This document shows, one piece after another, positions 52,701-64,000 of a stretch of 64,000 nt of DNA. The DNA comes from Balanoglossus misakiensis (taxonomy: Eukaryota > Animalia > Hemichordata). The DNA is taken from the NCBI GenBank assembly GCA_040954595.2, contig CM082585.2, positions 9,412,564-9,476,563 of the forward strand. Direction: 5' to 3'. Every line of letters begins with the position of its first letter. Within the stretch, counting starts at the first letter, position 1. Made by a program: the position numbers and the translations under genes. A model generated the notes under the pieces. It was not told the DNA's origin. It ran no database searches and saw only the letters and a list, made by a program, of their open reading frames with translations.

Positions 52701-53422
52701 AGATGTGACCAACTCTGCTTCAACTGTTTTGATAATATGTATTTGTATGTGCGCTGTAACAGTTAAACGTAGACGTATTTACTGAAATTTTCGTTAACTA
52801 AAATTACATCATCACAGACTGGACATCAGTTGACCTCCTTCACTGAGAGGATATTTTAAAACAGTTATGAGTGGGCATGCATGAACATCAAGCTCATACA
52901 GTGAGAAAAATGTCCTAACTTAAAAATCGGAATACCACTTGCTGTCAGAATATTACAATATTATAGTGCATTTGTAAATTGTATGCAAATTATGAAGAAG
53001 CAAATTGATGTTCGCATTCAATAATGCTGCTGAGGGCATTGTTTAAAGGATTTACTATATGTAAATTATTCTTTGAATTAAAACTGACAGCTAAAAGAGA
53101 TGGAAACACAGGACTGGATTACAGGTAGAACTGCGATGATCATCAATACTGTTGTGGTAGTACACCACACCAAATGTGATTTCAATGTTCTGTTAATGCT
53201 TTATAATACAGCGCTATACCTTCTCAGTCTGCAGGGCCTGCATGAGCATTTGAGTCCCAAGGGTTTCTGTCAACACTCACTAACCTCTCCACAAAAACCT
53301 TAACCTTGGCACACGGACAGGCAAATTTGTCGACCACACAAGCGCACAGCGGCAACCGGGGAATCGATCAGATACACTCTCCCCGCCAATTCAGTTTCAA
53401 ATAAAAGAGACACATTTTTTAC

Positions 53423-53463
53423 CTGCGTGGATTGAAGGCGGCCGGTTTCTGCGCTGCGTCCAT
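53423..53463 (-). CDS. GRTP1: GRTP1 candidate alternative first coding exon C (MDAAQKPAAFNPR-S)
   Basis: gtcATGG start, 13 codons plus AG, donor CAG|GTAAAA. Phase 2 matches exon 2, which begins T GCC ATT GAT CCC. Lies in a CpG-rich patch. Confidence 0.65.
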
Positions 53464-55399
53464 GACGAAGAACGAATCAATGAATGAATGAGGGAATCTT
53501 TCGGGCTGCTGACAAACGAGCGCTTACTGTCATAATACTAAGGACAGATCCGACGTGGGAGTCACCTTCCGATAAATGGGACATTCCAATGCACTATGAA
53601 GTCATCCATGCCGCACACACTCACATCGGTGGATCAATATAAAACATCATTTCTGATTTGAATATTTAACACACGGCATATTTTACTGATGCAATTTCAA
53701 ATTCACAGGGAAAAAATGGAAAGGTGGATTAATGGGATAAATACAATTCAGATTAGACCCTAAATCAATATTACGTTAGGCCAGCTGCATATGATATTAA
53801 GTGAACCGGTGATGAAGGATTTTTACATTAAACACATGTATTCATGTTTCATACAAATTGTAATATCTGTTAAATTTGAACATGTAATGTGTTTAATTTT
53901 TCATACCCAACAAACGTATTTGTGATGATCTATGCCTATTTATAACGCAATACTATCATAATCAATGTCTGAAATTAAATTCTACCTTTACAATTTACCA
54001 TCACCTCAATTCTCATTTTGAAGTTATATACTTCAGTATAGAAAAAGCACACCAGAAATTACATAAATATTATTCTTGCATGAAATATCATGAAAGACAG
54101 TTTTTTATCACAATTCCGATACATCTATATGTGTGTAAGACCTCCGGCACATGTATATTTATATGTCTATATGTATACATCAGAGCAGCAGAAAACCTGG
54201 ATGAAGTAAAATACTCAACCAGAAATTCAACAAGTCTGTATAAATTAATGTAAAAATTGTCAAAATTTCCCCCATGTGTAAAATATTTGCTGAAATGCCA
54301 ACAATATACCTATCTATTAGGATTAAGAATGCGAAGATGATGAACAATTTTTTTACCTCCACGACATGGTCTATTCAGCTGAACAGGATTAATTCAGATG
54401 AGTGTGTGGATGTACCGGTGGCACTGCCATGAATTTCCTTTCAATAGCCAAGGCTTAACAAAGCCGAAACAAGCTCAACTTAATTCATTGTGCCGTGGGC
54501 AGTAAGCGTGACATCACAGCCAATATCCACGTATGTTGTGTCTAACAATGTCGCTATCGCAATTGCTGGCCAATTGTGATGTGTGAATACCAGTATAAAT
54601 ATATGAAAGCATTTTTTTATGTTTTGTTACATGCATGTGTATGTGTGAGGTAAATTAATTAATACATTTTCAACCAGGTTGGTGGATACTGAAGTGGATA
54701 GTATGTTTAAAAGTTCTAATTTTCAAGTTTTTAGCGGACAAAAACACAGACATACATATAGTATACACAGACAGACTCTCCACACATACAAACAGCCCTG
54801 TTTACCATGATGTGTTATATGGGGGAGCTAATACACTAGACATGAGGCTGACTGGCTATGCAACCATGGCCAGATGCAGGTTGCTAGGTGATCGAGAGTC
54901 AGGCTTCGTTGATTACAATCACCACAAGAGGGCAGTGTTTACCATAAAAATTTCCCAAATTAAAACTGTAGTCAAACATTGATCAGTCTTTCAATGTCAA
55001 ATTATCAGTCACTACACTAAACATGACACTGACATTTTTGAAGGATAAGAAAATCACTCCTGTGATTTTGCCACATTTTACCACAGAATATTGTCTAAAT
55101 GCTACATTGACTGGGACTTACAGCTAACCTGTTAATTAAAGTACAATTTTTCAGGATAATTAACTTAGACAAGTTCGCAAAATGGGGAAAAAATCAAGAA
55201 AGGAAATAAAATTAATATATATTAAAAAGTGTAGAACAGCTGCTTTTACATGACAGGAGTCTTTGGGGATAAAAGTCACCGATTGATTTATCACAGAAAT
55301 TCAAATCATTTACCCTGTGTATACTAGAAACTTAATTCCTACTCTATCACCTTCATAAGCACTGAAGAAACAGATCTTGAAAACTGTCGTGATATTTAC

Positions 55400-55494
55400 C
55401 AAATTTCATCCCAAAATTCCTCCGACTCCTCCATCTTCTCCGGAGTCTTTTCCCAACAGCAGCAGCATGTCCACCAAGACCAGCAGATAGCCAT
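55400..55494 (-). CDS. GRTP1: GRTP1 candidate alternative first coding exon B (MAICWSWWTCCCCWEKTPEKMEESEEFWDEI-C)
   Basis: aacgATGG start, 31 open codons plus TG, donor TTG|GTAAAT, phase 2. GC/CpG-rich flank at about 55495-55630. Confidence 0.6.
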
Positions 55495-57227
55495 CGTTTT
55501 GCGGCGGCGGACGGGAAAGTGGGAACAAAATCAATCTACAGTCGCCTCGCCGATTCCAGGCACACAACTAACCACATCAAATATCCTGTACGGTTTGTCT
55601 GTCTGAGCAGGGCAGCCGCGGGTTTTGTTGTGAATACAAATTACACGGTGATTCACTCGGCCCCTCTGTATACTGAAAACTCCTTGCTTTATATAGCCAC
55701 GCGCACACCAGACGTAATTGACAACTTAAACAACACCCTTAAGGTCCGTTCATTCCCTAATCTCTGGTAAATTATTCACCAGAGGGTTAAAACGTCCTCC
55801 GCAATTTAAATAATTATCGTAATTTCTTCAAAACAATTTTCACCAGTATTATAATATAAAACACAGTGAATACAATAAAAAGATTTTTTTTACTGAATTG
55901 ACTCAGTCCAGTCAAGATATGATTCAGCGCTTTTATTTGCATGGCTGTCACTGCATGACCGATAATTTAAAAGCGTATTATGCAAATCTGATAAATATAT
56001 GCAAAACAGATTCAAACGGCTAAACAGGTAGACACTTGGAAGTCTGAGGCGCGAATACCTTCAGAGCCTTTCTTGAAGACAACCCATGATTTCAGATTCC
56101 TGCTGAGCTAAACACTTTAGTTCAGCGTTCCGGAGTAGAATGTTTCCAAGATTTTTCCCGTTATGAAGATTTCGTGTATTACGCACCTTTTTAATCAAAA
56201 AATTGTCAGGAACGTTCCTTCTTCATTTGAAATAAGAGATTCTTCCCCCTCCCCCACAAGAAAATAAAAACGTTTAATCCAAATTTACGACTGAGAACGA
56301 GAATGTAGAGGAAGAGACATTTATGAAATACCGCACACAAGGAGTAGAGTGCTCTTAGTTGATATTCTGCTATTCACTGTAGTGTCACTGTGCACACAGA
56401 TGAAATTAATGTCACAGAGAAGCATGACCATTTGACCACGGGAAAAGGATAAGCTGGAAACAACCGTGATGAAAATTTAATGCATGAATGACCTTTTTCT
56501 CTATACCCGGTATATCATTTCGTGACTGACTAATACTGACGTTCTAAAAAGAAACTACCGTACACAGTAAATGTTTTTTTTCTCACAGTATTTCAATGGG
56601 ACTTCAATTCGACACGAAAAAATTATATAGTGAAAAATTTGCGCTGTTCTGTATTAAAATTGCTAATGTCTGGTTGTATTTGGGAACTACCTTTTCACCA
56701 TCCTATCTTACATTGATGTAATATTTTCTTAAAGGACGATAAAAGATGCAATGTGGAAATATCTATAATTAAAAAAAACGTGATATCAAAATTTAAAACA
56801 CTGCAAAGCAGCTTTTTTCAAAACCTACAGAAAACAAGTTCGCTAAAGCAGTGTCATAAAAAGGTTAAGTGTGTTTCACCTCTAAGTTGAGCGTGTGTAT
56901 TTCTTTTAAGCCTTAATACTGCCTTCGTTTTACAGCCGTGCTTTTAAACACTTTTAATCCAAGCTCGGGGTAAATTGAATGCACTCTTTTGATTGGAAAG
57001 CGTTCTTTGGCTTGTTTCATGATACGCACGCAGGCGAAATAAACACTGTCACGCTCAGGTTTTTTTATGGTTCTCATGACTAGATTGTGTTGGCTGTATG
57101 CACTGTCTGCAGGTGGCTTTATTTTCTTCTTCCTTGTTATGATAAACCTAGTCTTTCTTTGGTCCAAACACGGCAACAATTTGACAATCAGCCCTGATTT
57201 CTTTACAAAATTACGCTGTATACACAA

Positions 57228-57540
57228 TTATATTATACCAGTATATTGATGGTGTAAATCACGCTATTTGATTGGTCGAGACACGACACGTGACCGTGAT
57301 ATATTAGCCATATACCACAGTCATATATCATAGTCAAAGAAAATGCCTTTTTAAAATGTTTTATGCAAAGTTTCAATATACTGGCATAATATAATAGCAA
57401 TAAAGCACCCCAGCCATGGTATACCACTCAATTTGGACCAGTTCAACTCCATATACGCACTCGCTATCGCTCGTGCATATATGTCGTGAACTGGTCAAAA
57501 TCTCGTGGTATACCATGGCTGTGGGTGTTTTATTGCTTAA
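57228..57540. mobile_element. Double-hairpin interspersed element, possibly a non-autonomous Crypton-like element
   Basis: IR pair TTATATTATACCAGTATATTGA (57228) / TCAATATACTGGCATAATATAA (57373), then a long imperfect palindrome 57396-57537 (AGCAATAAAGCACCCCAGCCATGGTATACCAC ... GTGGTATACCATGGCTGTGGGTGTTTTATTGCT). The family assignment is from memory only. Confidence 0.65.
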
Positions 57541-58104
57541 ATATATCCTATTGCACTCCCCTAAAATAGTTCTAATAGGCATGCATGCAATTTGACCTTT
57601 CTCTGTAAAAATGTTTAAGTTCATTCAATTTCACAAATTAGTCAAATTTGCAAGGTTGACCTGAAGAGAGAGATTAGTAGACAGCTGGGTCAGGTTCGAA
57701 GAGTTGTATTACAATAGTAGTCGCTGGGATTGGGTGATGACCGATATGGATTATTAGTCACTTTAGGTTATATTGAGATCATTAGCCCAAGAGCCTGCAT
57801 CAGTGCTGTTTTCAGTTGCCTGTGCAACGGTTTGCCTACTCATTCAGAAACCCTGTCAATATTAAATGAGGACACACATCTCACTAATGGGAACTTGATG
57901 AATTTCTCATGCAATCATATTTTTTTTTCTTTTTCACAGACAGTACTGCAGGGTTTAAAAAACAAGTCTTATAGAAACTGAGCCTTAAACTCATACAAGT
58001 TTTGAGTTTTAATACTTCATACAATACTGAAATTTTGAGGATCCATGAAAATCCCTTACTACGGCTCATGCTGTATATGGATGCATTGTTTCCTGTTCAG
58101 AACA

Positions 58105-58118
58105 GTTGCCATGGCAAC
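58105..58118. promoter_or_regulatory. Perfect palindromic RFX X-box
   Basis: GTTGCCATGGCAAC; an imperfect second site GTCACTGTGGCAAC lies at 58140-58153. Confidence 0.55.
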
Positions 58119-58766
58119 AAATGAAACATCAACCCACATGTCACTGTGGCAACCTGAGCGATGTTTGACATAGCAGCTGAATTTGTGCAATAATTAAATT
58201 CTAGCTGGTTGTACTCCCTATAATTACTGCCGCTGACAGGGGTCGGGAATAAATCCACCTTCTTGTCGACGAATACACTGAGTGATGGTTTCCATTAACA
58301 CGGAAACCTGGGAAATATAATCATTGTGGTTTACGTACTGTAAACTCAACTGTCAACTGTTCTGTGCAACAATTGATAAGGCTGAACACAGAACAGGCAG
58401 GTTTAATGTTCAGCTCTGTTGAAATGTTGGCAAATCTTAAGAACACAATTTCACTGAGTTATTGTTTTAAAAAAATTACACCAGTCCATGGTAACTGCAC
58501 ACACCTGCAGAACCTTGCAATAATGCAAAATTGATGAAGAACTACAGGCTTGACCTGAAAACACATGTACACTTCTAATAAAACAAATTACAGTTAATAG
58601 GACACAAATAGTTATTGACAACCAGAATTGAATCATTCAACCAATTAACAATGCACAAACTAAAACAGTCAAAATACAATTATTATCATTATGTACCAGT
58701 GAACTCATATTCGCTGTGAACTATATGACACACTGCAGTCCGATCAATAAACATGAGGATACATAC

Positions 58767-58825
58767 GATCTTTCCACAGACATCATTGGTCTGACTGTAC
58801 TTGATCTCCTCCTTGGCTGTGCCAT
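58767..58825 (-). CDS. GRTP1: GRTP1 candidate alternative first coding exon D (MAQPRRRSSTVRPMMSVER-S)
   Basis: ggcaATGG start, 19 codons plus TC, donor ATC|GTATGT, phase 2. Confidence 0.5.
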
Positions 58826-61800
58826 TGCCAATGCTGGAAATCAGAACCCAGTTTGAGTTTGAAATCACCACTGAATATATCCAATGGCTGTATCAGCTAT
58901 TCCAATAAACCGATCGACGCACAGTTGGAAGTTTGATTGAGCTAATGCGATGATAGCAGAGACCGTGTATAGTCTTTGTGGATGTGCCAAGTTCAGTGAC
59001 TGCCGTGGGAGGTTATATGCAGACAGACGATTAGTCCATTATGCGTGCATCCACAGTAGTGTAATATATTTGATGGACTGGATGAAATCCACTGTACTGC
59101 AGTGCATATATTCTGCAGGTTGATGAAGCGACAATTATCTCCAACAGGTTGGTTGAATCAACCCTAGATGACTGTATTGATCACCGAGCCTGGAGCTGAT
59201 AACAGGACGGGACTGAGCAATAGAATTTGATGACGGTGTACAGAATGACAGCACTTATGACAGTACAGTTGGCACGAGCAGCAAATGGTAGTTTGAAATC
59301 ATCAAGAGGCAAGCCCCCGGGGCATGTGCAAATACGGAAGACAAATTAATCATTTCGTTGACCCAACTTAAACAAGTACACGTAGCTATTATCACACACA
59401 GATGGTCAAAATGCATTTATTGTAAATGTTTTATTTGCTTTTGAAAAAGCAATTAACATTACTGTACTATATTTGAGTATCACTTGCAGCATTTCGACCA
59501 TTAAAATATTTCCACCTATTTTTTTAAACAAACAGCAATTGCAGCAATTCCATTCAGGTAACTATCTATAAATATTAATGATATGAATATTTAATGATAT
59601 GATGTCCATGTCTCAAAAACTTTGCATCAATTTGAGTATATTTTCACACAAATTCCTTATGCCAGTTCTATTATCCTGTTAAAACATACAATTTTCTTGG
59701 ATTAGAAAAAAAAGTTTTGCACCATTGGTTTGGCACAATGAAATGAAATACCATATATCTTAACGCAGCCATTTTAAGACAGACTTACATATTATATGCA
59801 TGCTGTAGTAATCTTGTACATATTAGATACATGTAACATTACAGCCATAGTAAATTATAAGAGATTCCAATTTTTGGACACATAAAGCAATATAAATCTA
59901 TGGATGCTGTCTCCTTCAAAATGTCAAAAGTAGAAATTTTATGGTTGAGAACCATCAAACTGAATTACTTTTCTTCAGAGAAACAACCTGAGATAAAGTA
60001 ATCTGGAACTGAGCCATAATATTAATGCAGACATATAAATTTCTTCTTTTCTGCCCACAAAACTGATTTATTCTGCTGGGTTTTTTTAACCTTTAAAGAT
60101 TATTCCAATGCCTCAGGACATCGACTGGATATGTCAAATTTTTGATCTAGATGTCTGGAAGTTATGCATGAATAATCAGAATATAGCCACAAGTTGGATA
60201 TATCTAAAATAAACACCGTACATAATAAATGATATTTTCATTTATAAAATGATGTCAGATGCATGCATGAATTCCCATCCATGAAATTAGTTATATAATC
60301 CCATTTTGATAATTTCACATCATTAATGATCAATGTACTTTTTGAAATTAACAAGGAATTTAGTACTCCAATTAAGTTTGATTTTTCATCGAAATATACA
60401 TTCATCAGACATTAGATTAGTAAAAGCAGAGCATATTCAGGATTTAACAAATTTTACAGAAAAATATATCACAAGACCATGCATCATTGCATGTCTAGAT
60501 AACGATTTGAATTAATGCCAATAATTGTCTCCTCTGATTATAGAACTATTCACAATCCACAAACATGATTTTGTAGGCTCATTTTCAGTCTCCGTCCAGA
60601 CTGGTAATTACAGTGAAGCAGAGAATGTTCTTTAACGCGCTTCATTCTGACAATCAATGTTCTGAAATCAAGGCTTACTTGTTACTCCCACAGAAAGTTC
60701 TCAATGACAATTTGCCAATTCACTAGGGAACTGTGCCAGGCTGTCTGGCTAAACCGACAGACGGCCAATTACTATATACACATCAGTGCCTGGATTTGAT
60801 TCTTACAGGTAGAGCAGAAGAAGAAGCGTATATTGTTAATAGACCTGTGGCTAAATCCTCTCATGGGGTTTAGATTTGGTCTGTGGTCACATTAATACAT
60901 TGGAAATCAAAACCAAACTACACTCATATATGGAGTTGAAGACACAATTAATTCACTCATCTTCATGGTATTAAAAATCCAGATCATACATCAGCCCTTT
61001 GGTGAAATTTTTTGTTTACAAACATGAAGAGATCCTTGTTCTCATTCAATGCAAAAACTTTCCCTAATTGGGAGAAAAAAAATTAACACATTTTCTTCTT
61101 TTACTAACTTCATTATATGATACTCGTTGCAGTTTATCAGAAATGTTTCCAGTGGCTAAGCAAGGTAATCTTACTCCGGCAGGAAAACCTAGCTTATGTA
61201 ATTTTATCCACCCAGATTACAATTTCCCAATTCCTATCTCACCGGACACACACGGTGTCAGCCTTGATGTATTCAGGTCACAGATATCGTTCTCCATGCA
61301 CCCATAAGGGCTGCAGCATTTTTACCAGTTATTTGATCATTTTGCACAGAAGCATTGCTTATATTTTCAGCATCCTATTATGCTTAATATATAAAACTCT
61401 TCTGTCCTATAGGCGAAGGGTACTGAATCAAGTGTTTAGTTTATTTAGGCAGATTTATAGGCAGGGATCAGTTAAGGCAGGTATATTATATACTGAGAAC
61501 TGCTGGTCACCTTGATTTCATGTGGGTGTTTGATATCAGTAACCATTTATGATTTGTACACTGGAAGTGGTATGATTTATAGTCGTTAATAACCAGTTCA
61601 AGTATTATAGTATTAAAAAGGTTATATCAATACTATTGAGTGGAAAAAGGCTTGCCCCTTGGACCCTGAAGTAATCACCACTCCTCTTTTAAAATGCAAA
61701 CAATGGTAGTCATGGTTACGTGTACTTTCCCCTAAAGAGTTATTCAAAATGCGTAATTTCTATTATTAGTAAAGAGACAATGTAACTACATGTATTAAAC

Positions 61801-63098
61801 TTCTGATATTATTTCAAATTGTTTTGTTTTGTATGGAAATTTGTATGGAAAGAGAGAATTTACCACCTACTGCAATATACAGTTTCGTGTAGAACAGCTA
61901 AAAGTAGCTGAAAATAATGACAAGATGTAGGGGAACTAGCTAGGTGTTATATTGGCTTACAGAATGATTTGATTTACATCACACTGTCTGTCAAACATGT
62001 GATCAATAAACAAAGGAGTTATGTCAAAAGTTTGAAGTCAAAAGTTGATACACATCTCCCTTTTATGGTACCACTGAAAATTTATGTCACCCAAGTAGTA
62101 AATGACCAAAGTCCCAAGATCAAAGTTCTAAATCTACCATTGAGTTACCAAATCATCGCAAATTACATACAGAATTGCCGTCTAGAGTAATAATCCTCAC
62201 TCATGAAAAGATGTGGCACTGATATTAAGTGAAAATGAATAATGTTAGAACATAACCATTCATGAATTTGTTATAGACATTGTAAACAAATTGGACTTAG
62301 GTCTGAACATAACAAGGTTTGGGCAATACATCGTATAGCCTCAAGATATGTAGCTGTCCTTTGAACAAATTATGTAGGACGACTTTACAAGTATAAACAA
62401 GATCAAATGCCACTAGTCACTAAAGTAAACAATTATTGGCCCAGAACTTTCGTAAACCAAACATGTCATGTCAATTTCCAAGGATCGAGCTACTGTTTGC
62501 TAGGTTCGTTGGGACTTGGTTGGGAGAAATGGACAATTTAGAGTGCAGTCCATGTACATTCCACATTTTTATTTCTTTGGACCGTATTTCATGAAGTACG
62601 TATGCTTTCCTGTATGACGTCATTTGGCGTTGGCAGGTTATGAAGTTCATGTGGGACAACGCCCCCTAAATTTACATATCACGTGATTTGAACTTTACTG
62701 CACAAAAATGTGAAATTGACCACAAAATTTGGTTACAAAGTCTCTCGCGTCAGATTAAACACGGGAAATCAAAAAGACATGGTTTTATGGACAACAGAAA
62801 GGTTGTTACAGCTGCTAGAGTTTTTCTAAGGTATCTGGGCCAAAATTACCCAACCACGAACGTCGTATTTTGGTGCGCATGTCACGCTAAAAAAAGCAGA
62901 CAGCAATCAGCTGTGTCAATGTCAACTCCGGAAGGCTTCTAAAGTTACCGAGCGCAAAGTTGCCAGTGACAAGTAAGCAGCTCAGAACAGTTGCTTAAAC
63001 TGGATATGAGAAAAGCTGGGTAAATAGTCAAAAGAAGGAAAACTTTCCTGGTTTGGGGGATCTGGGAAAAGTTTAAGTTTTCCGTGCGATTCACTCAC

Positions 63099-63130
63099 CT
63101 TCGGTAATTGTTGACTGCAGCAGTCGCCAT
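63099..63130 (-). CDS. GRTP1: GRTP1 distal first coding exon A (MATAAVNNYR-S)
   Basis: aaaATGG start, 10 codons plus AG, consensus donor AAG|GTGAGT, phase 2. No other minus-strand gene body was found between it and GRTP1 exon 2. Confidence 0.7.
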
Positions 63131-63471
63131 TTTCAGTCCTGGGATAGCGTCAAAGTTTTGTTGAACGTTGGAGGCGCTTCCTCGACCTCGTTCTCAGCGG
63201 ATATAATCACTGTAATAAATCATATTAGAAATGTTTTATTTCATTCCATAAACTACTTTGTGCATTTTATTACCTCTTACTGCTTTAAAGTTTTCTAGCA
63301 TAGTATTTTTGTGGCAATGAAAACTGCTATAGACCGGCTATTTTCACAGTTTTTATTTTGCGAGCTGAAACATACAGAGTTGAAAGGTCACAAGCATTCC
63401 CCGCCATCTTGATCTTTCCTGTCCGAAACAAGTTGTTGGCTGCAGACTTTTCTTGATTATCGGCTTTCAAA
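63131..63471. promoter_or_regulatory. Candidate bidirectional promoter GRTP1/DAW1
   Basis: 341 nt between divergent ATGs; YY1-like CGCCATTTT at 63125 (over the GRTP1 start) and CGCCATCTT at 63402. Confidence 0.6.
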
Positions 63472-63760
63472 ATGAGGTTAAAGCGATTCCTCCTGCGATA
63501 TTACCCACCAGGTGAGCTCGAGATTATATTTTTAAGTCATTGCCATGGTGCAAGGGTAGTATTCGTCGCTCGATCACGATTTCCCGTCATGTTCATCATT
63601 GTTATGTTTTCCAAAGGTTGGTTGCTTGTCAACAGAGTTTTTGCAGACACACGTTCCCTCAACACCCATTTCTTTTCCTTGTTACAGGTATCATCTTAGA
63701 ATACGAGCAGCACGGTAACATCAAGAATAAGTCTATAGATCTACTTGATTTGAAACCAGA
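63472..63760 (+). CDS. DAW1: Dynein assembly factor with WD repeats 1 (WDR69/ODA16), exons 1-2; continues beyond the window
   Basis: Exon 63472-63511 ([14 protein letters not shown], donor GTGAGC) plus 63688-63760 ([24 protein letters not shown], donor GTAAGT) matches the recalled DAW1 N-terminus [35 protein letters not shown]. Confidence 0.93.
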
Positions 63761-64000
63761 GTAAGTCTTCCAACATAAGAAAAGCTGAATGTCTACAAAC
63801 CTCTTACCACAATGAAAACATTGTAATGTACATAAGGTCACATAAGGCCTTGGTGTTTGATTTGAGTAGCATATAATCATGTTGGTAGCAGTTTGGGTCT
63901 CAGAAGAGATATTGTGGTTATGGAGTGTAAAACTCAGATACCGGACACTAGTCATTCTAACTGGCAGTGAAAGGGTCAAGTACTTCAAGTACCACTCAAT

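Noticed and set aside
56059-56087. Minus-strand MGCLQERL unit ending in a phase-2 donor (myristoylation-like start)
   Set aside because: An in-frame TGA precedes the donor, so it cannot extend into GRTP1; at most a uORF or decayed exon.
39700-62950. Numerous 60-145 aa ORFs in the GRTP1 5' introns
   Set aside because: No recognisable domains or consistent exon chains; lengths are as expected by chance.

Overview
Intron-rich, AT-rich eukaryotic DNA; gene content and intron style suggest an invertebrate deuterostome, which is an inference. The window opens inside a highly homogeneous 87-bp satellite (1-9.1 kb) that passes through two intermediate monomers into a related, more diverged 86-bp satellite (to about 11.1 kb). 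A gene-dense segment follows immediately: (i) a BBOX1/TMLHE-family Fe(II)/2-oxoglutarate dioxygenase with 12 well-supported coding exons plus 2 tentative 5' exons (+); (ii) three tandem ST6Gal-like GT29 sialyltransferases about 4.7 kb apart (+), with variable, sequon-rich stems and non-canonical acceptor-site residues; (iii) GRTP1/TBC1D6 Rab-GAP (-), whose 23-kb 5' region holds at least four candidate alternative first coding exons, all in the same splice phase, one encoding a Cys-string; (iv) the first two exons of DAW1 (+), head-to-head with GRTP1. Several MITE-like inverted-repeat elements and RFX X-box motifs lie in the non-coding parts. The long ORFs over the satellite are repeat artefacts. 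All exon models were assembled by eye from GT-AG sites and recalled protein similarity; no searches were run.
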